The notes beneath the pieces were generated by a model. It saw nothing but the letters and a program-made list of their open reading frames with translations. It did not search any database and was not told the DNA's origin. From positions 6,507-70,506 of the IMG/VR virus record IMGVR_UViG_2700988937_000001: DNA of 64,000 bases; one strand, written 5' to 3'. The translations under genes and the position numbers were made by a program. The stretch is from a virus. Lineage: Duplodnaviria; Caudoviricetes. This document shows, piece after piece, positions 19,601-29,285 of this stretch. Each line of letters starts with the position of its first letter. Within the stretch, counting starts at the first letter, position 1.

Positions 19601-20258
19601 ATCTGTCGCCGGTGATATCTTTGCTGTTCTGAATTCCACTATTGAAGCTATTGGTGCGGCCAAGAGTATCGCGGATACACTTGTTCGCTACCCGAGCAAC
19701 ACTGAAGATATCTTCAATATGGTTGATGATATTCAGAAGTTTATTCAATTGGGCGCGGACATCGCAGGCGCTGTTTCTTCCGTCGCAAGTACAATCGGTG
19801 GTTTCGTTGGCGCTGGCGGGTCAGGCGATCCGAGTGGTTCTACTGCTGGTGTGGCGGCTGCAATCGGCGCGGTTTCTCAAATTGCCGGATTAGTACAAGC
19901 AGGTTTGGAAACTGCGAATGCGATTATTGATCTTGGTCAAGAAGCGTATCGCATCGTCGGTTCGTACGTTGGCGATTTCCTTGGAATCCTCACGGGTGGT
20001 GCTGCGGGTGCTCTCGAAGGTCAAGTTAGATATCTTTTGGATCAGCAAACTAATCAACTTTTGGCTTGGAGTGCAGATAACCCGATGGACAAGCGAGCTC
20101 ACGATCTTGCGTTCCGCGAGGGTAATCCTGATGCACGCAACCAATTGATTGGTAATATCAATGTGTACGGTGGCCCCGGAACAGACCCCCGTGACATGAC
20201 GAGGCAAATGATGTTCCAGGTTAAGGCATCGACTATGGGACAGGCTGTAGGACAATGA
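13611..20258 (+). CDS. Tape measure protein with C-terminal lytic transglycosylase-like and peptidase-like domains
   Basis: 2215 aa, Ala/Leu helical. GESGL...GIFQF is lysozyme-like (~18170-18560). H..GRALD...HYDHVH is a Zn-peptidase-like motif (~18760-18980). Confidence 0.95.
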   Translation: MPNDNLGTAHGRIRITYEGKGADKANAALIKMAAQMEQMNKRLEQVQGALEESNSELNRTSKEMRKAGKSSTIFSTDILRTHRRIRTFRNEVGYLRDDLKSLGRFAQSTRTNFNRLGMAMRVFNRAGQFSGDQQVAIFRAMSVSMAELAARTKGTAQTIHNFTHSTLRLGNRLAGTQSAVTLLGSAYLGLRNKIFGVQQAIDKSPGWVRKMHNVTIAVGALSGAMGILGLAIRRFGLLEKLARAGVFKVLANGAHGGATAFRRFGKVTESVFGKDYFSGFVRRLLRAENSLDEFAKNADNLFHRVGVRITANAAGMRKWATESKSLVAGIALAVSSLTNLWGRLQWFFKLPKPLLAGLAIFFSRVLPSALYATGKALVSTSNFITGLWDGIKVLTKGLTVLPGILAGIAAGVTSLIPVFSGLKDAFKDVFSEDPQKAWEAYSKLPAHLRPIADAIRKFIPVWQNLQTRLQSFAFAGVEKQMESLGNTYFPILEKGALRVVGALRNAKDRVVEFMQQADTQAEISNIYGDLAQGLNQMADAIKPVLTGLKDMAAVGSEFLQTNSVWVTILSERFRDWASVNRQNGNMAAWMSQARQGAFDLGKGLIDLTKSAYRLITLFADRNSGADFLDRFADAMERLNQRIEDSAATGFLRDLREGVRELGEKRMDDLIRLWKIFRDTIEAVAPFVQQISDSFTNIFIPAADRALWIIQQFINALDATGLTRFIGWILGAAAAVRLLPKVYSTAITAAKLFGATFFILRDKQKVIAGITKAMTFLGGAMEKLGPLGRTVGNGLVNVGVAAEKSASLIGKLAGGLLYGGTAILTFIAIVSEYNQTAEEFDKQLEQNRRSVNEFGQELRKSFVTDRGMVGKSVLDAVSQSLDDMMNNLNNTVDKAPSLWEHLGDIFSRPFERQRNSPVQTGILEIDSLFAESDEINQRQAEGAAADLARAKIQQLKDANVDLVKVMSGSDIAFDAFIDDLRTQGQEGNEAAKVLEEYRRKFTQVERDMRELGPAGAAVKEGMRQISEAAADASQKLDGLRLVLEGLGYLKVNTLRATAEYQEAIQTMADRITESLVGLTDAQDAWGESGINLKSDAGRAILDTLIPLSDKFQALAASGKDVNEMWAEMAPQIDDTVAALQNAGVQITKEQFVDFLQKSLGIAPVPIAIALQTGDGSDVAEAMKQVMLSLQGLADNGIFVPINFDDPEDTNRIDKKLEEVLGRDITDVSGTNLVLKPGIKLEPTDVQRLRQELINLGFQFPNEAAPQNPATIPTQVVPPNPVTAPGSEQQPSNSAQQILEDFIGQAKDAVDEAGKDNQTKGNSFSEDFARGIRDGIPAIDKAAKDAADAAAKKMPGSPAKEGPLSGRGWSRYGGEAFSRDFAYGIRSRTGEVGSAAEGVAGAASSGIGRAGDKNYQAGQYLGQLTQMLDFFENATNAFGKLAETILGFAKFASDPLGKGTFFGKRPRWVRDPNISDAELARQRQDAAQQRAFSFYGSGRRPDVYDPRTGRIRGAAPGNLAPNAGKQDIANYIIQKAMSEGYSREQANMFVVQAVGESGLDRNSKSPNGLWTGIFQFDAPTWEDAGGGNITNPQENIDNYFNLARIRGLTPENFRSGTQLGEQVSIGGPWHPDNAAKGDLAAAQKNAQDFIKNYQENVGQYVDGIVSGIPAAIGNLPEPKKLKTGPGLEPNAQIVAAILEAQFPGITQIGGQSNRPAGTPQMHTKGRALDVGIGSDLSLGDAINEFLIANAEQFGIQSTIWRNKGLNLVANEGGGPGTTYTAEGHYDHVHVQFADGGKMDIGPDGTTFKIPANSPYAGADFGLPPTPEELANPPAPKELVVRNPDGTFSPVHGTGDQPGPMDINPATGRPWTPEEASEFWNRPENALQYDKSILKPGDLDQNGIFQGTEDQLEEALKNNNPSLAEAIATAQNENASNEDVANALSVIEDEAERQKQLDTPQSRAQSKFLEGVVSDAASERGLAKEQNPIDQAMEIAGAATSVAGDIFAVLNSTIEAIGAAKSIADTLVRYPSNTEDIFNMVDDIQKFIQLGADIAGAVSSVASTIGGFVGAGGSGDPSGSTAGVAAAIGAVSQIAGLVQAGLETANAIIDLGQEAYRIVGSYVGDFLGILTGGAAGALEGQVRYLLDQQTNQLLAWSADNPMDKRAHDLAFREGNPDARNQLIGNINVYGGPGTDPRDMTRQMMFQVKASTMGQAVGQ

Positions 20259-21145
20259 GCTATTACAGAAACCTCGTTAAGGGGCAATGGCAAATTGGCG
20301 ATCTTGTCTTCGGCCACGGAACCAACATTTTAGTAAATTCAACCGAAGTCGCTGCTGCCGATGTTAACGGCCAAGATTATCAAATGGCTCGTTCTGACAG
20401 TAAGAACTTTGGTTTTGACCAGCTCGTTCCCACAACAATTCAGTTTGATCTTTCAGTGCTGCACAATTACTTGTTGCCTGGCAACGAAGAGATGATTCCG
20501 AATTTCTGGCATTCAATGCCTACGATTGAAGACCTGGCTCACGAGTGGGGTGCCGACGACGTTCGTAATAAATGGGGAGAGATGAAGCCGATTTATCATC
20601 GGTCTCGTCTTGACGACATTCCCAAAGTTATTTACGGAAGACCGGGAAGTTTTCAGTACCGGATGGACGATGAATACAACCGTGGCGAGGTCATGAATGT
20701 CGTCGCTGAATTCCGCAGGGGAGATACCTTGGCGTACGGAATTCAAGAGAAGCGTGCTACAATTACCGCGGGGGAACCAGAAATAACCATTAATGGCCAC
20801 TCTGGTAAGGCTCCAACCCCAATGAGAATTCTTCTCGTTGGTCCGATTGAACACCCAATCGTGACCCTCACTAATCTTTGGGATCAGTCGGAACCTGTTG
20901 TTGTTGAGCTTGATTATGACGTGGACGAGGGCGAAGTTGTTGAAATCTCCGGTTATCCGTGGAGTCGCAGAGTCGTCTCTAGTACGGGAGAAGCATTGCC
21001 GCGCTACCTTATTGGCGATTCTCCGTATCTCGATAAGCTCTATTTTAATTTTAACGCTGTTGTTCACATCGATGTAGTTGCTTCACATGCCGACGAAAAC
21101 ACCAGAGTTCATGTGCTTTTTCGAGATGCTTACCGGGTGATCTAG
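20255..21145 (+). CDS. Minor tail protein (distal tail, Dit-like)
   Basis: Immediately after the TMP; ~300 aa. Confidence 0.8.
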   Translation: MSYYRNLVKGQWQIGDLVFGHGTNILVNSTEVAAADVNGQDYQMARSDSKNFGFDQLVPTTIQFDLSVLHNYLLPGNEEMIPNFWHSMPTIEDLAHEWGADDVRNKWGEMKPIYHRSRLDDIPKVIYGRPGSFQYRMDDEYNRGEVMNVVAEFRRGDTLAYGIQEKRATITAGEPEITINGHSGKAPTPMRILLVGPIEHPIVTLTNLWDQSEPVVVELDYDVDEGEVVEISGYPWSRRVVSSTGEALPRYLIGDSPYLDKLYFNFNAVVHIDVVASHADENTRVHVLFRDAYRVI

Positions 21146-22788
21146 TGATTACAGACAGACTGCGAATTACTGTTCTCGAAGCGAATACTGGCGAAATCCT
21201 GACTCGCGATTTGGTGGTTAAAGAACCGACTGTAATCGTGAATCTTTCTGCCCCAAGCCACATTTCGTTCAATATCGATCAAGGACAACGGTTCGCGTCT
21301 GCTGCTGGAATCGACTGGAAATCGTGGGGACAGGTTATCGTTCCTGAACTTGAAACCGATCAGTACGGTCGCATTTGCCTTGGCGCGCAAATCATTTCTG
21401 ATGGCGGGGTTCGTATCGATCCCGAGTCGGGCGATCTCGTAATCGACGCAGTAGGATTCATGGGATACCCGAAAGGAATCCCGTGGCTAGAAAATTTTAA
21501 TCCTATCGCAGTAGATCCCGCAGAAGTTATTCAAAGGGTATGGGCGCATCTGCAAAGTTTTCCGCATTGCGATATGGGTGTTCAGGTTTTGCCGTCTTCA
21601 ACCGGAACGCAGATGCTTCCCGGTCACGGGTTCGATGGAAGCATTTTGAGTTTTGACTTTTTCGCTCTCTTCATCCGTGCAGCTGACTTCAACGATTGTG
21701 GCGACACGATTACCGGTCTGGCACGAGATTTGCCGCTGGATATGTTCGAGGAAGTTTCATGGAACGAAGATCGAACTGAATTAAAAAAGGTTTTGCGACT
21801 GGCATATCCTCTCGGAGGTGTCCAGCAGGATTATCTTGCTTTTCGTCTCGGCGAAAATGTTATTAACTGCGAACTTGCAGAAGAGCTAGAAATTGAGCCT
21901 GTTTCTGATGTGATCATTCGAGGCTGGCTTCCCGGCAAGGTCTATACCTCTCAGCTCACCAACGCAGACCCCTCCCGGTTCAGGCGCGTGGTGCTAGAAG
22001 AGGACGCCAGCATATCGTCAACAGAGCGGGCGGCTGCCTGGGCCAAGCGGAAGCTGACAAGGCGTAACATTCCGAAGTCTTTTTCAAAAATTCAGATTGA
22101 TCCAAATCATCCTCACGCTCCCTTCGGCTCTTTCTGGGTTGGAGACTCGATTTTTATTGAAGCCCCGAATTATCCGTGGGTCGGAGATATTCAACAGTGG
22201 CATCGGATCGTCTCAATTACCTACAAAGAGGGCGAACCGTTTATGGAATTGGGAGTGAAGGTTGAAGGTGCTTTCAATTACGACCCAATCGAATACAACC
22301 CCGACTGGGAAGAAGAGCCTACAGAAGACCCGAATCTTCTCTCGAACGGCTATTTCTCTAAGTCTCTTCGTGGCTGGTATGCACGTAAGGGCCAATGGTT
22401 CCGCGTTGCTCAAGACGGTTACACTTCTCCCGGTTGTGTGCGCGTTGATTGCGACGATTTCGGTGAACGCCTGGAATCAGAGAAAGTCGTTGCTATTCCT
22501 GGCGAAACTCTTGATTGTCAAGTCAGAGTTCGGTACCAAGAAATTGAGACTAGCGGAAGTCCTAACGGAACTTTTGCAATCTCTGCCATTCCTTACGCCA
22601 ACGGTGGAGCAGTCGGACCCGCCACGGTTATCGATAGCATCGACGTTGACGGAACCGGAGGATACACTCTTCTAAGAGGGGACTACGAAGTTCCAGAAGA
22701 GGCCAACGAAATTACGCTGAATCTAGTTGTTGCAAACAACGTTTCAGGGGGAATTTCATTTTGGGATGATGCGAGGATTCTTAGATGA
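21145..22788 (+). CDS. Minor tail protein (baseplate hub-like) with a C-terminal carbohydrate-binding-like domain
   Basis: Synteny; C-terminal NLLSNGYF...FWDDA is a CBM4-like pattern. Confidence 0.8.
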   Translation: MITDRLRITVLEANTGEILTRDLVVKEPTVIVNLSAPSHISFNIDQGQRFASAAGIDWKSWGQVIVPELETDQYGRICLGAQIISDGGVRIDPESGDLVIDAVGFMGYPKGIPWLENFNPIAVDPAEVIQRVWAHLQSFPHCDMGVQVLPSSTGTQMLPGHGFDGSILSFDFFALFIRAADFNDCGDTITGLARDLPLDMFEEVSWNEDRTELKKVLRLAYPLGGVQQDYLAFRLGENVINCELAEELEIEPVSDVIIRGWLPGKVYTSQLTNADPSRFRRVVLEEDASISSTERAAAWAKRKLTRRNIPKSFSKIQIDPNHPHAPFGSFWVGDSIFIEAPNYPWVGDIQQWHRIVSITYKEGEPFMELGVKVEGAFNYDPIEYNPDWEEEPTEDPNLLSNGYFSKSLRGWYARKGQWFRVAQDGYTSPGCVRVDCDDFGERLESEKVVAIPGETLDCQVRVRYQEIETSGSPNGTFAISAIPYANGGAVGPATVIDSIDVDGTGGYTLLRGDYEVPEEANEITLNLVVANNVSGGISFWDDARILR

Positions 22789-25700
22789 GCGCACCAATGG
22801 GACAAATCGGTGGGTACCGTTATGAATCTCCGGAAGCTCGTCGCCTTGGTAACATCAATCCTCAGAGTTACGATTATCGGGACCAGACGAAAACAGTTGC
22901 GAAACTGGTCAACGATGTTTCGTATATGGCTGGTATGCAACGGAAGATGCAAAAAGGCATCGACGAGGCAAACCAGAACTTCATCCAAGAAATCCAGGCG
23001 TTCATCAATGACATTCTCGTCCTTCTAGGCGGTGGCGGGGATACCGGCCTTGACTTCGGTGATCTGAAATACATTCTTCAGGCTATCGGCGCACTCTTTG
23101 GTTTTGAGCCGGGTGTTCCGTTGCCGCTGAATCTTTTTCAAGCTGCGTGGCACTTCTTCTCGAATTACATTCTCCCCGTTGGTAATTTCGAAGAAGCCAT
23201 AAACATGATCATCGATGGGGCAATCGCCACCATCCTTGACATCTTCGGTGAAGTTCCGATTGTCGGCCAGGCTCTTCAGCAGCTTGCACAGATTATTTCG
23301 GCTATTCGCGATTCCCTTCTTCCGCTGATTGACGCTTTTGAGGCGCTGTTGGAAGCCTTGAGTATCGATTGGGAAGACGTTGAGAACGCGATCCTCGCTT
23401 TGTTTGGGCCGCTGCGTCCCATCTTTGACTTTTTGATTGCAGCTCTCGATGATGTTAATTTGCCTAATTTCGTGCCGGTTTTCAACGCAATTGCGAACTG
23501 GAATCAGGGAATCATTACCGCGCTGACGACAATCATTACAGCGTTCGGAACTTTTATCGAAATCATCACCGGTGGAGATTGGGATGACCTTGGGTCGATC
23601 CTCGAAGACCTGGCAGGGATTTTCACCCTCACTGGTATTGGCAGCGGTGTCAATCCGGTTCAATGGGCAATTAATCTCATCACCGAATTGCTCGCTCCCA
23701 CAGGGCTTCTCGGTGGAGCCAACTGGGAAGAACTGTACGAGTTTTTGACCGGTGCAGCGGGTGGATTGGAAGATCTCGCAAACTTTCTGCTTTCAGGAAT
23801 CTTTGGACAGATTAACCCTGGTCGTCTGTCGTCAATTCCTCTTGGTGCAATCGCTAACTTCAGTCCGAATATGCTTGATACCCCAAGCTTTTCGACTGCT
23901 GTCTCAATGCCCTCCGGTGGTAACCCCGAACACGATGCAACAGACGGGCATTCATCAAACGGTTGCGCAAAGTTCACTGCCGATGGTGAAGAGCATTCTA
24001 TCGTTTCGAACTGGATCAATGTTCAACAGGGCCAAAAGATTAAGATGTCGGCCTGGGTTAAGTGGGAGAACCTGACAGTTTCTTCTGCTAGTCAAGCGCC
24101 TATTCGACTGGTTTTGCGCTCTTACAACGGTAGCACTTTGGTCAACGCCGCTAACGTCACGAGCATTACCAATCCATCTGGGAATTCGTCTAATTCGGGG
24201 CAAAACAACTTCGTCAAGCTCGCCGAGTATGAGTACACAGTCCCCTCGAATGTCACGCGTATCTTGATTCAGCCGACCGTGACTGCGGTTGCCACGGGTG
24301 GAACTGTGAAGTTCGATGACGGCAACGTGTACGTATCTGGCTTGCTACCAATGGAATTCATCGGCGGTCTTGTCGAGAACCTGCTCGAAAAGCTCAATGT
24401 CGATGAATGGGACGATTGGCTGGCGACCGCCTTTTCTCCGCTGAACAGTATCCTCAATCAGATCATTGATATTCTACGAGGGATTCCTACAACTCCGATT
24501 AACTCTGCGGTTCAGGGTGTTAAGGACTGGTGGCAGGACACCGTAAATGGAATTACGGGTGCTATCAATAATATTCAGAACACCTGGAATAAAATCGTCG
24601 GTGGCTACTACCGAACGACCGTCACCGATCAAACTGAGGCTGACGTCGAAGAAGTCATGATGACTGTCGGCCAAGAAATTTTGGTCGCACAGGAATCCAC
24701 AATTACGCTTGCCAATCAGGCCAATGCGCCAAAGAATGTGGCGTACTGGGAAACTCCGAATCCGTTTGAGGACGTGTCTTTTCCGCGGTCGGAGCTTGTG
24801 CCGGTGCCTACGTATGCAGTATCGGGGACCACGGCCCGCGCGAACCTCGGCACCCTGCCCGCGAACTGGACCGCGAGCGTCGCTGATGACGTTGAGGTCC
24901 ACACGCACAACATCAACGGTCTGACGGTGACGACAACGTGGAATCGTCCTCTCTACACGATCCCGGATGGAACGCTGGCGCTGTCGGCGGTGCGGATCAA
25001 ACAAGATCGACTCGTTAACATTGCTCGGTTTATCGCTGGCGGTGGAACCCCGCCATCGACCGCGTTGTACGTCGGCCTGTACACCATTGACCCTGAGACC
25101 GGAAATATGGCTCTAGTCCACAACTTTGGGGACATAAAGGGCGAAATTTCTACTGGCTCAGGAATTTACGAAACCCCGTGTGAGCTTCCCGCAGATGTCC
25201 TAGTTGACGCTGGGGCGCTATTCGCCGTTGGCATTCTGCCGGTCGGCGGCTCGTTCTCGGTGGCCGCGATCCGGCGTCAGCCGATCACGACATCGGCGTT
25301 GATTTACCCGCAGGCCGCAACAGAACTGCTGACCGGGCAGTCTTCGCTACCGTCGACAATTTCTGAATCGGCACTGAATCATACTTCGACTCACCGTATC
25401 TGGGTGAGCGTCGGTCAGGCCGTGGAATCGACACCGGAAGATAATAGCCCGGTGACACTGAGTATGACCTTTGACGTGGCGAACACGAGCAACTGGTCGT
25501 CGCCATCATTCCAGCAATTCGGTACTTCTGGTAGCCGATTCGGAATCGATGGTGGAGCAATTTACTGTGCTTCTGATCTTCTCGCCCTTGGGGAAGAGGT
25601 TCACTGGCGTTCTGCTCTGTGTCTGACTCCGGTTCATACAAACGATCATTCGGCGTCAATTGTTTTGGATACGCAGTTCAACGCGAATACTTACGGATAC

Positions 25701-26087
25701 ACGACAACTCGTGCTTACGTACGATGCAACAGCGGCGGAACCTCGGGCGTTGCAATGCATCTGGACTCAAACTCGGCGGGCAACCTGCGTATCAGGATCG
25801 CCAACATCTCTAACATGACCTCTTTGGGAACTGTTAGAGCCACCGCAACAACAACTTTTAGTCCCGGCGATGAAATTGAAATCAGAGCAATCGGGTCGCT
25901 GTACAAGGTTTACAAGAACGGCGTGGCGGTACCCGGTGCGGAGTGGGACGACACCGCTGAAATCGTTCCTATCGGCAAGGCGTGGCGTCGGCACGGCTAC
26001 GGCCTGGGCAACCGCAACGTCTCCGCGTTCACGACGTACCGCACTGCTTACATTGATCGTTATCGAGCAATGGATTTGGTGCCCTAA
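22785..26087 (+). CDS. Large minor tail protein (putative receptor-binding)
   Basis: 1100 aa; NMLDTPSF...KFDD CBM-like domain; beta-rich C-terminal domains. Confidence 0.8.
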   Translation: MSAPMGQIGGYRYESPEARRLGNINPQSYDYRDQTKTVAKLVNDVSYMAGMQRKMQKGIDEANQNFIQEIQAFINDILVLLGGGGDTGLDFGDLKYILQAIGALFGFEPGVPLPLNLFQAAWHFFSNYILPVGNFEEAINMIIDGAIATILDIFGEVPIVGQALQQLAQIISAIRDSLLPLIDAFEALLEALSIDWEDVENAILALFGPLRPIFDFLIAALDDVNLPNFVPVFNAIANWNQGIITALTTIITAFGTFIEIITGGDWDDLGSILEDLAGIFTLTGIGSGVNPVQWAINLITELLAPTGLLGGANWEELYEFLTGAAGGLEDLANFLLSGIFGQINPGRLSSIPLGAIANFSPNMLDTPSFSTAVSMPSGGNPEHDATDGHSSNGCAKFTADGEEHSIVSNWINVQQGQKIKMSAWVKWENLTVSSASQAPIRLVLRSYNGSTLVNAANVTSITNPSGNSSNSGQNNFVKLAEYEYTVPSNVTRILIQPTVTAVATGGTVKFDDGNVYVSGLLPMEFIGGLVENLLEKLNVDEWDDWLATAFSPLNSILNQIIDILRGIPTTPINSAVQGVKDWWQDTVNGITGAINNIQNTWNKIVGGYYRTTVTDQTEADVEEVMMTVGQEILVAQESTITLANQANAPKNVAYWETPNPFEDVSFPRSELVPVPTYAVSGTTARANLGTLPANWTASVADDVEVHTHNINGLTVTTTWNRPLYTIPDGTLALSAVRIKQDRLVNIARFIAGGGTPPSTALYVGLYTIDPETGNMALVHNFGDIKGEISTGSGIYETPCELPADVLVDAGALFAVGILPVGGSFSVAAIRRQPITTSALIYPQAATELLTGQSSLPSTISESALNHTSTHRIWVSVGQAVESTPEDNSPVTLSMTFDVANTSNWSSPSFQQFGTSGSRFGIDGGAIYCASDLLALGEEVHWRSALCLTPVHTNDHSASIVLDTQFNANTYGYTTTRAYVRCNSGGTSGVAMHLDSNSAGNLRIRIANISNMTSLGTVRATATTTFSPGDEIEIRAIGSLYKVYKNGVAVPGAEWDDTAEIVPIGKAWRRHGYGLGNRNVSAFTTYRTAYIDRYRAMDLVP

Positions 26088-27127
26088 TGCCGTTCTACAC
26101 AAATCCGGTAGTCGATCCAGGCACCTGGCGGGGATGGTTCAACGACCTTCCCCCGACTCCGGTTTTGGAAAAGCAAGGTTGGTTTAATTTTTACGAACGA
26201 ATTATTGCTGATAATGGAGTCGGAGCAGATTCTACCGACCCAATGAAGATTGCTCAGTTTCTTCAAGACACCGGAATTGGCGTTGACCTTGCTTCACTGA
26301 AGGCTAAAGAGAATGTTTCCGATTCTGGTGGGGGAGAAGATCTTTCGAAGGTTGTCATATATGCACCGGATCAGGGCGTCGGTTCTGACCATTCAAGCAT
26401 TGTTCTTCCTGTTCCTGGGATTGGGGTTGGACAAGATAGTCTCAGCGTTGACAGTTTGATTTTGTCTGCCTATGAATCAGGTCTTGGCAGTGACGTAATT
26501 AATTTTATCAAGCCGATTATTTCGGTTTCTGATTCCGGTGTGGGACAAGATGTCGGCACGGGAATCTTTACTCCGCAAGCTGGCGTTACCACTACGATTA
26601 CTGCAACTGGAAGCACGACATACACAATTCCTGTGTGGTGTCGATATATTGATATTATTTTGCTTGGTGCTGGTGGTGGTGGTCGTGGCCTTGGTCTCAT
26701 TGGTGCCTGGGGCAACGGCGGGGAAGCTGGAAAATGGTATGTCGTAACTCTTGAACGCGGTGTAGATATTCCGTGGACACTGATTAGCTTTACAGTTAAT
26801 GTCGGAACCGGCGGAAGCGGTGGTTCGCAATCTGGTAGTTCTCCCGGTTCAGCCGGAAATCCAACGACAGCAGTTATTTCGGGAGTAGGAACTTTAACGG
26901 GAGCTGGTGGAGCTGGTGGTACAGGAACCTTAGATTATCCAGGAAAAGCAGTTTCTCCCTCAAGTCAAACTGTCGCCGGACAAACATATACAGGTGGTGG
27001 GAGTCAAAGTTCTGCTGCACAGCAAGGAATTCCGCCCGGTGGTGGTGGAGCAGGATCTATTGTTACATTTGTCAGCGGTGGCCCCGGTGCTCGTGGACAA
27101 GCTTGGATCAGAGCACGACAATCATAG
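26087..27127 (+). CDS. Minor tail protein, glycine-rich
   Basis: YTIPVWCRYIDIILLGAGGGG...GQAWIRARQ, typical of actinophage Gly-rich minor tails. Confidence 0.85.
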   Translation: MPFYTNPVVDPGTWRGWFNDLPPTPVLEKQGWFNFYERIIADNGVGADSTDPMKIAQFLQDTGIGVDLASLKAKENVSDSGGGEDLSKVVIYAPDQGVGSDHSSIVLPVPGIGVGQDSLSVDSLILSAYESGLGSDVINFIKPIISVSDSGVGQDVGTGIFTPQAGVTTTITATGSTTYTIPVWCRYIDIILLGAGGGGRGLGLIGAWGNGGEAGKWYVVTLERGVDIPWTLISFTVNVGTGGSGGSQSGSSPGSAGNPTTAVISGVGTLTGAGGAGGTGTLDYPGKAVSPSSQTVAGQTYTGGGSQSSAAQQGIPPGGGGAGSIVTFVSGGPGARGQAWIRARQS

Positions 27128-27136
27128 GAGATAGAA

Positions 27137-27502
27137 ATGGCATCGGTTTACACAGACGCTCATCGCAACGCTTGTGCGAATGCGATTACTGCACTTGGTA
27201 ATCGAATTGGTTTGTATGTAGGTTCAACTCGTGTCGGCACGGTTTATGCCGATACAACTTGGGGTTCTGCTGCAAAAGTTAACGAGGGCGGAACCGACAA
27301 GGCCGTTGCGACCGGCAGCACTGTAACAATTACTGTGCCTGGTGGAACCGTGTCAAACGGTACAGTGATTACCCACTACGGAATTCACAATGGATCGACC
27401 CTGCTTCGGCGAGAGGCACTTCCGTTGTCGCTCACTGTAAATGATGGGTCGCAGTCATTTTCGGTCGATGTTACGCCAGTGTTCAAATACTACGGTTTGT
27501 AA
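27137..27502 (+). CDS. Minor tail protein
   Basis: Beta-rich, 121 aa; AGGAG RBS. Confidence 0.7.
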   Translation: MASVYTDAHRNACANAITALGNRIGLYVGSTRVGTVYADTTWGSAAKVNEGGTDKAVATGSTVTITVPGGTVSNGTVITHYGIHNGSTLLRREALPLSLTVNDGSQSFSVDVTPVFKYYGL

Positions 27503-27590
27503 CGGTACAACGACACTCCCGGCCTAACCTCCCCCTGTCCTAGCCTACCTGGGGGTATGCTGTAGGCAACCGGGCGGAGGTTTGCTGACC

Positions 27591-27893
27591 ATGAACAAAT
27601 TCTTAGCGTTCGTCGCAGAAGAGTTGTGGAAACATTTGCAACCCTGGCTGGAAGCAAAATGGAACGAAGTTAAACCAAAGATTTTCGAGTTCATCAAAGA
27701 GCAGTTCAAAGAATGGATGCCGAAAATCATGCAGACGGTTGTCGTTACCCTTTCTGAATCCGCTGGGCAGCTTGTCGTAAATAGCGCCGACAAAATTACC
27801 GATGTGATTCCAGGTCAGGTTGACGACGTTATCGTTGATCGACTTGTGAATCGTGCTCGAAATGCACTAAAACAGTTTGGAATTGAGTTCTGA
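27591..27893 (+). CDS. Hypothetical protein upstream of lysin A
   Basis: GGAGG RBS; 'TDVIPGQVDD' motif; TGATG overlap with lysin A. Confidence 0.7.
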   Translation: MNKFLAFVAEELWKHLQPWLEAKWNEVKPKIFEFIKEQFKEWMPKIMQTVVVTLSESAGQLVVNSADKITDVIPGQVDDVIVDRLVNRARNALKQFGIEF

Positions 27894-29284
27894 TGCCTTT
27901 CGCACCTAACGCCTATACGCCCGACACCATCATGATCGGTATTATTCGTGCGTGTAAGCAACTTGGCGTGGACGATCTTGCAACAGTTTGTGCCATCGCA
28001 TGTTCGGCAGTTGAGTCGAACCACAAGATGTATGCGAACGAAGCTGACCCTGATACTTTGAACTATCCGTATCAGGCTCTTTCGAAAGATAAGAATTCCG
28101 CTGGTATCTATCAACAGCGTGCTCCTTGGTGGGACGATCCCGACACCGATGACAACGGCGGTTCGTCTGACAGGATGGATATTTTTCGATCAACGAAAAT
28201 GTTCATCAATTCACTTCTGAAGCAAAAGAATCCGACTTACCGTGAAAATCCTGGCGTTGCGATTGCCAACGTTCAACAGCCTGCACTTCAATATCGCGGT
28301 CGATATGCAGAGCGGATGGACGAGTCCTGGGCAAATTTCAATCGGCTCAAGGGCGCTGCAATGGCCCCGCCGACAGGGACGACCCCAACCCCGGCTCCTG
28401 AAGTTAACGCTCCGCCAAAGCCCGAATTCCGTGAATTGGATTACATGACCGGTGGCGGGCGTACAACTCGAACTCGTCCGATCATTAACTTTTTCCTTCA
28501 CACCGAAGAGGGAAATGCGTCGGCAGAGGCTTTGGCGATCTACTGTAACGGTAAAAACGGTGTTTCTTATCATTACACTCTTCGGGACCGAATTCTTTGC
28601 GATGTGGTCGATACGGACTATGCTTCTTGGTCTGTACTGGACGCCAACGTATTTTCGATTAACCTCTGCTTTGCGGGTTCTCGTGCGTCAATGACCCGCG
28701 AGCAGTGGTTGCAGCGAGAAGACGATATCAAGATTGCAGCATGGATCGCGGTTCAGGATTGTCGCAAGTATGGACAATCGATGAGTACGTTCGTGATTAA
28801 GCCTCCCTATTCTTTCAAGGGACCGGGAATCTCAGATCACAAGTACGTGACTCAGGCTTTGAAAATCGGGACGCATACTGATGTGGGTCCGAATTTTCCA
28901 TGGGATGTTTTTGAAAAGTATGTCCTACTCTACAATGGAAACACCAATTCGGGAGACGAAATGACCAAAGAGGAACACGACAAGCTTTTCCAGTTGTGGG
29001 GCGTTTTTATGAACAACACTTGGTCAAGTTCGCCGTATGCGCCTCCTTCTGAGGGAAATCGATGGCCGACGAAAGAAATGATTCGGCACACCGATGGTTT
29101 CTCTCACGCTCAAATCGTGGATCACAACGCGATCATTCTCGGCATTCCAGAAGATGTGAAGCTTGTTTACCAAGCCATGAGCTACGACGACGAATACAAA
29201 GCCGACCGTGCTCGTCGTGTTTGGAAACGAATCCCCGATCAATACAAAGAAGAAGCCGGTCTTCCCACAGGTGCGGTGACCTAA
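27893..29284 (+). CDS. lysA: Lysin A (N-terminal lysozyme-like domain plus amidase-2 domain)
   Basis: VES...SAGIYQQR glycosidase-like motif; LHTEEG...H...HTDVGPNFPW amidase motif. Confidence 0.9.
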   Translation: MPFAPNAYTPDTIMIGIIRACKQLGVDDLATVCAIACSAVESNHKMYANEADPDTLNYPYQALSKDKNSAGIYQQRAPWWDDPDTDDNGGSSDRMDIFRSTKMFINSLLKQKNPTYRENPGVAIANVQQPALQYRGRYAERMDESWANFNRLKGAAMAPPTGTTPTPAPEVNAPPKPEFRELDYMTGGGRTTRTRPIINFFLHTEEGNASAEALAIYCNGKNGVSYHYTLRDRILCDVVDTDYASWSVLDANVFSINLCFAGSRASMTREQWLQREDDIKIAAWIAVQDCRKYGQSMSTFVIKPPYSFKGPGISDHKYVTQALKIGTHTDVGPNFPWDVFEKYVLLYNGNTNSGDEMTKEEHDKLFQLWGVFMNNTWSSSPYAPPSEGNRWPTKEMIRHTDGFSHAQIVDHNAIILGIPEDVKLVYQAMSYDDEYKADRARRVWKRIPDQYKEEAGLPTGAVT

Positions 29285-29285
29285 A

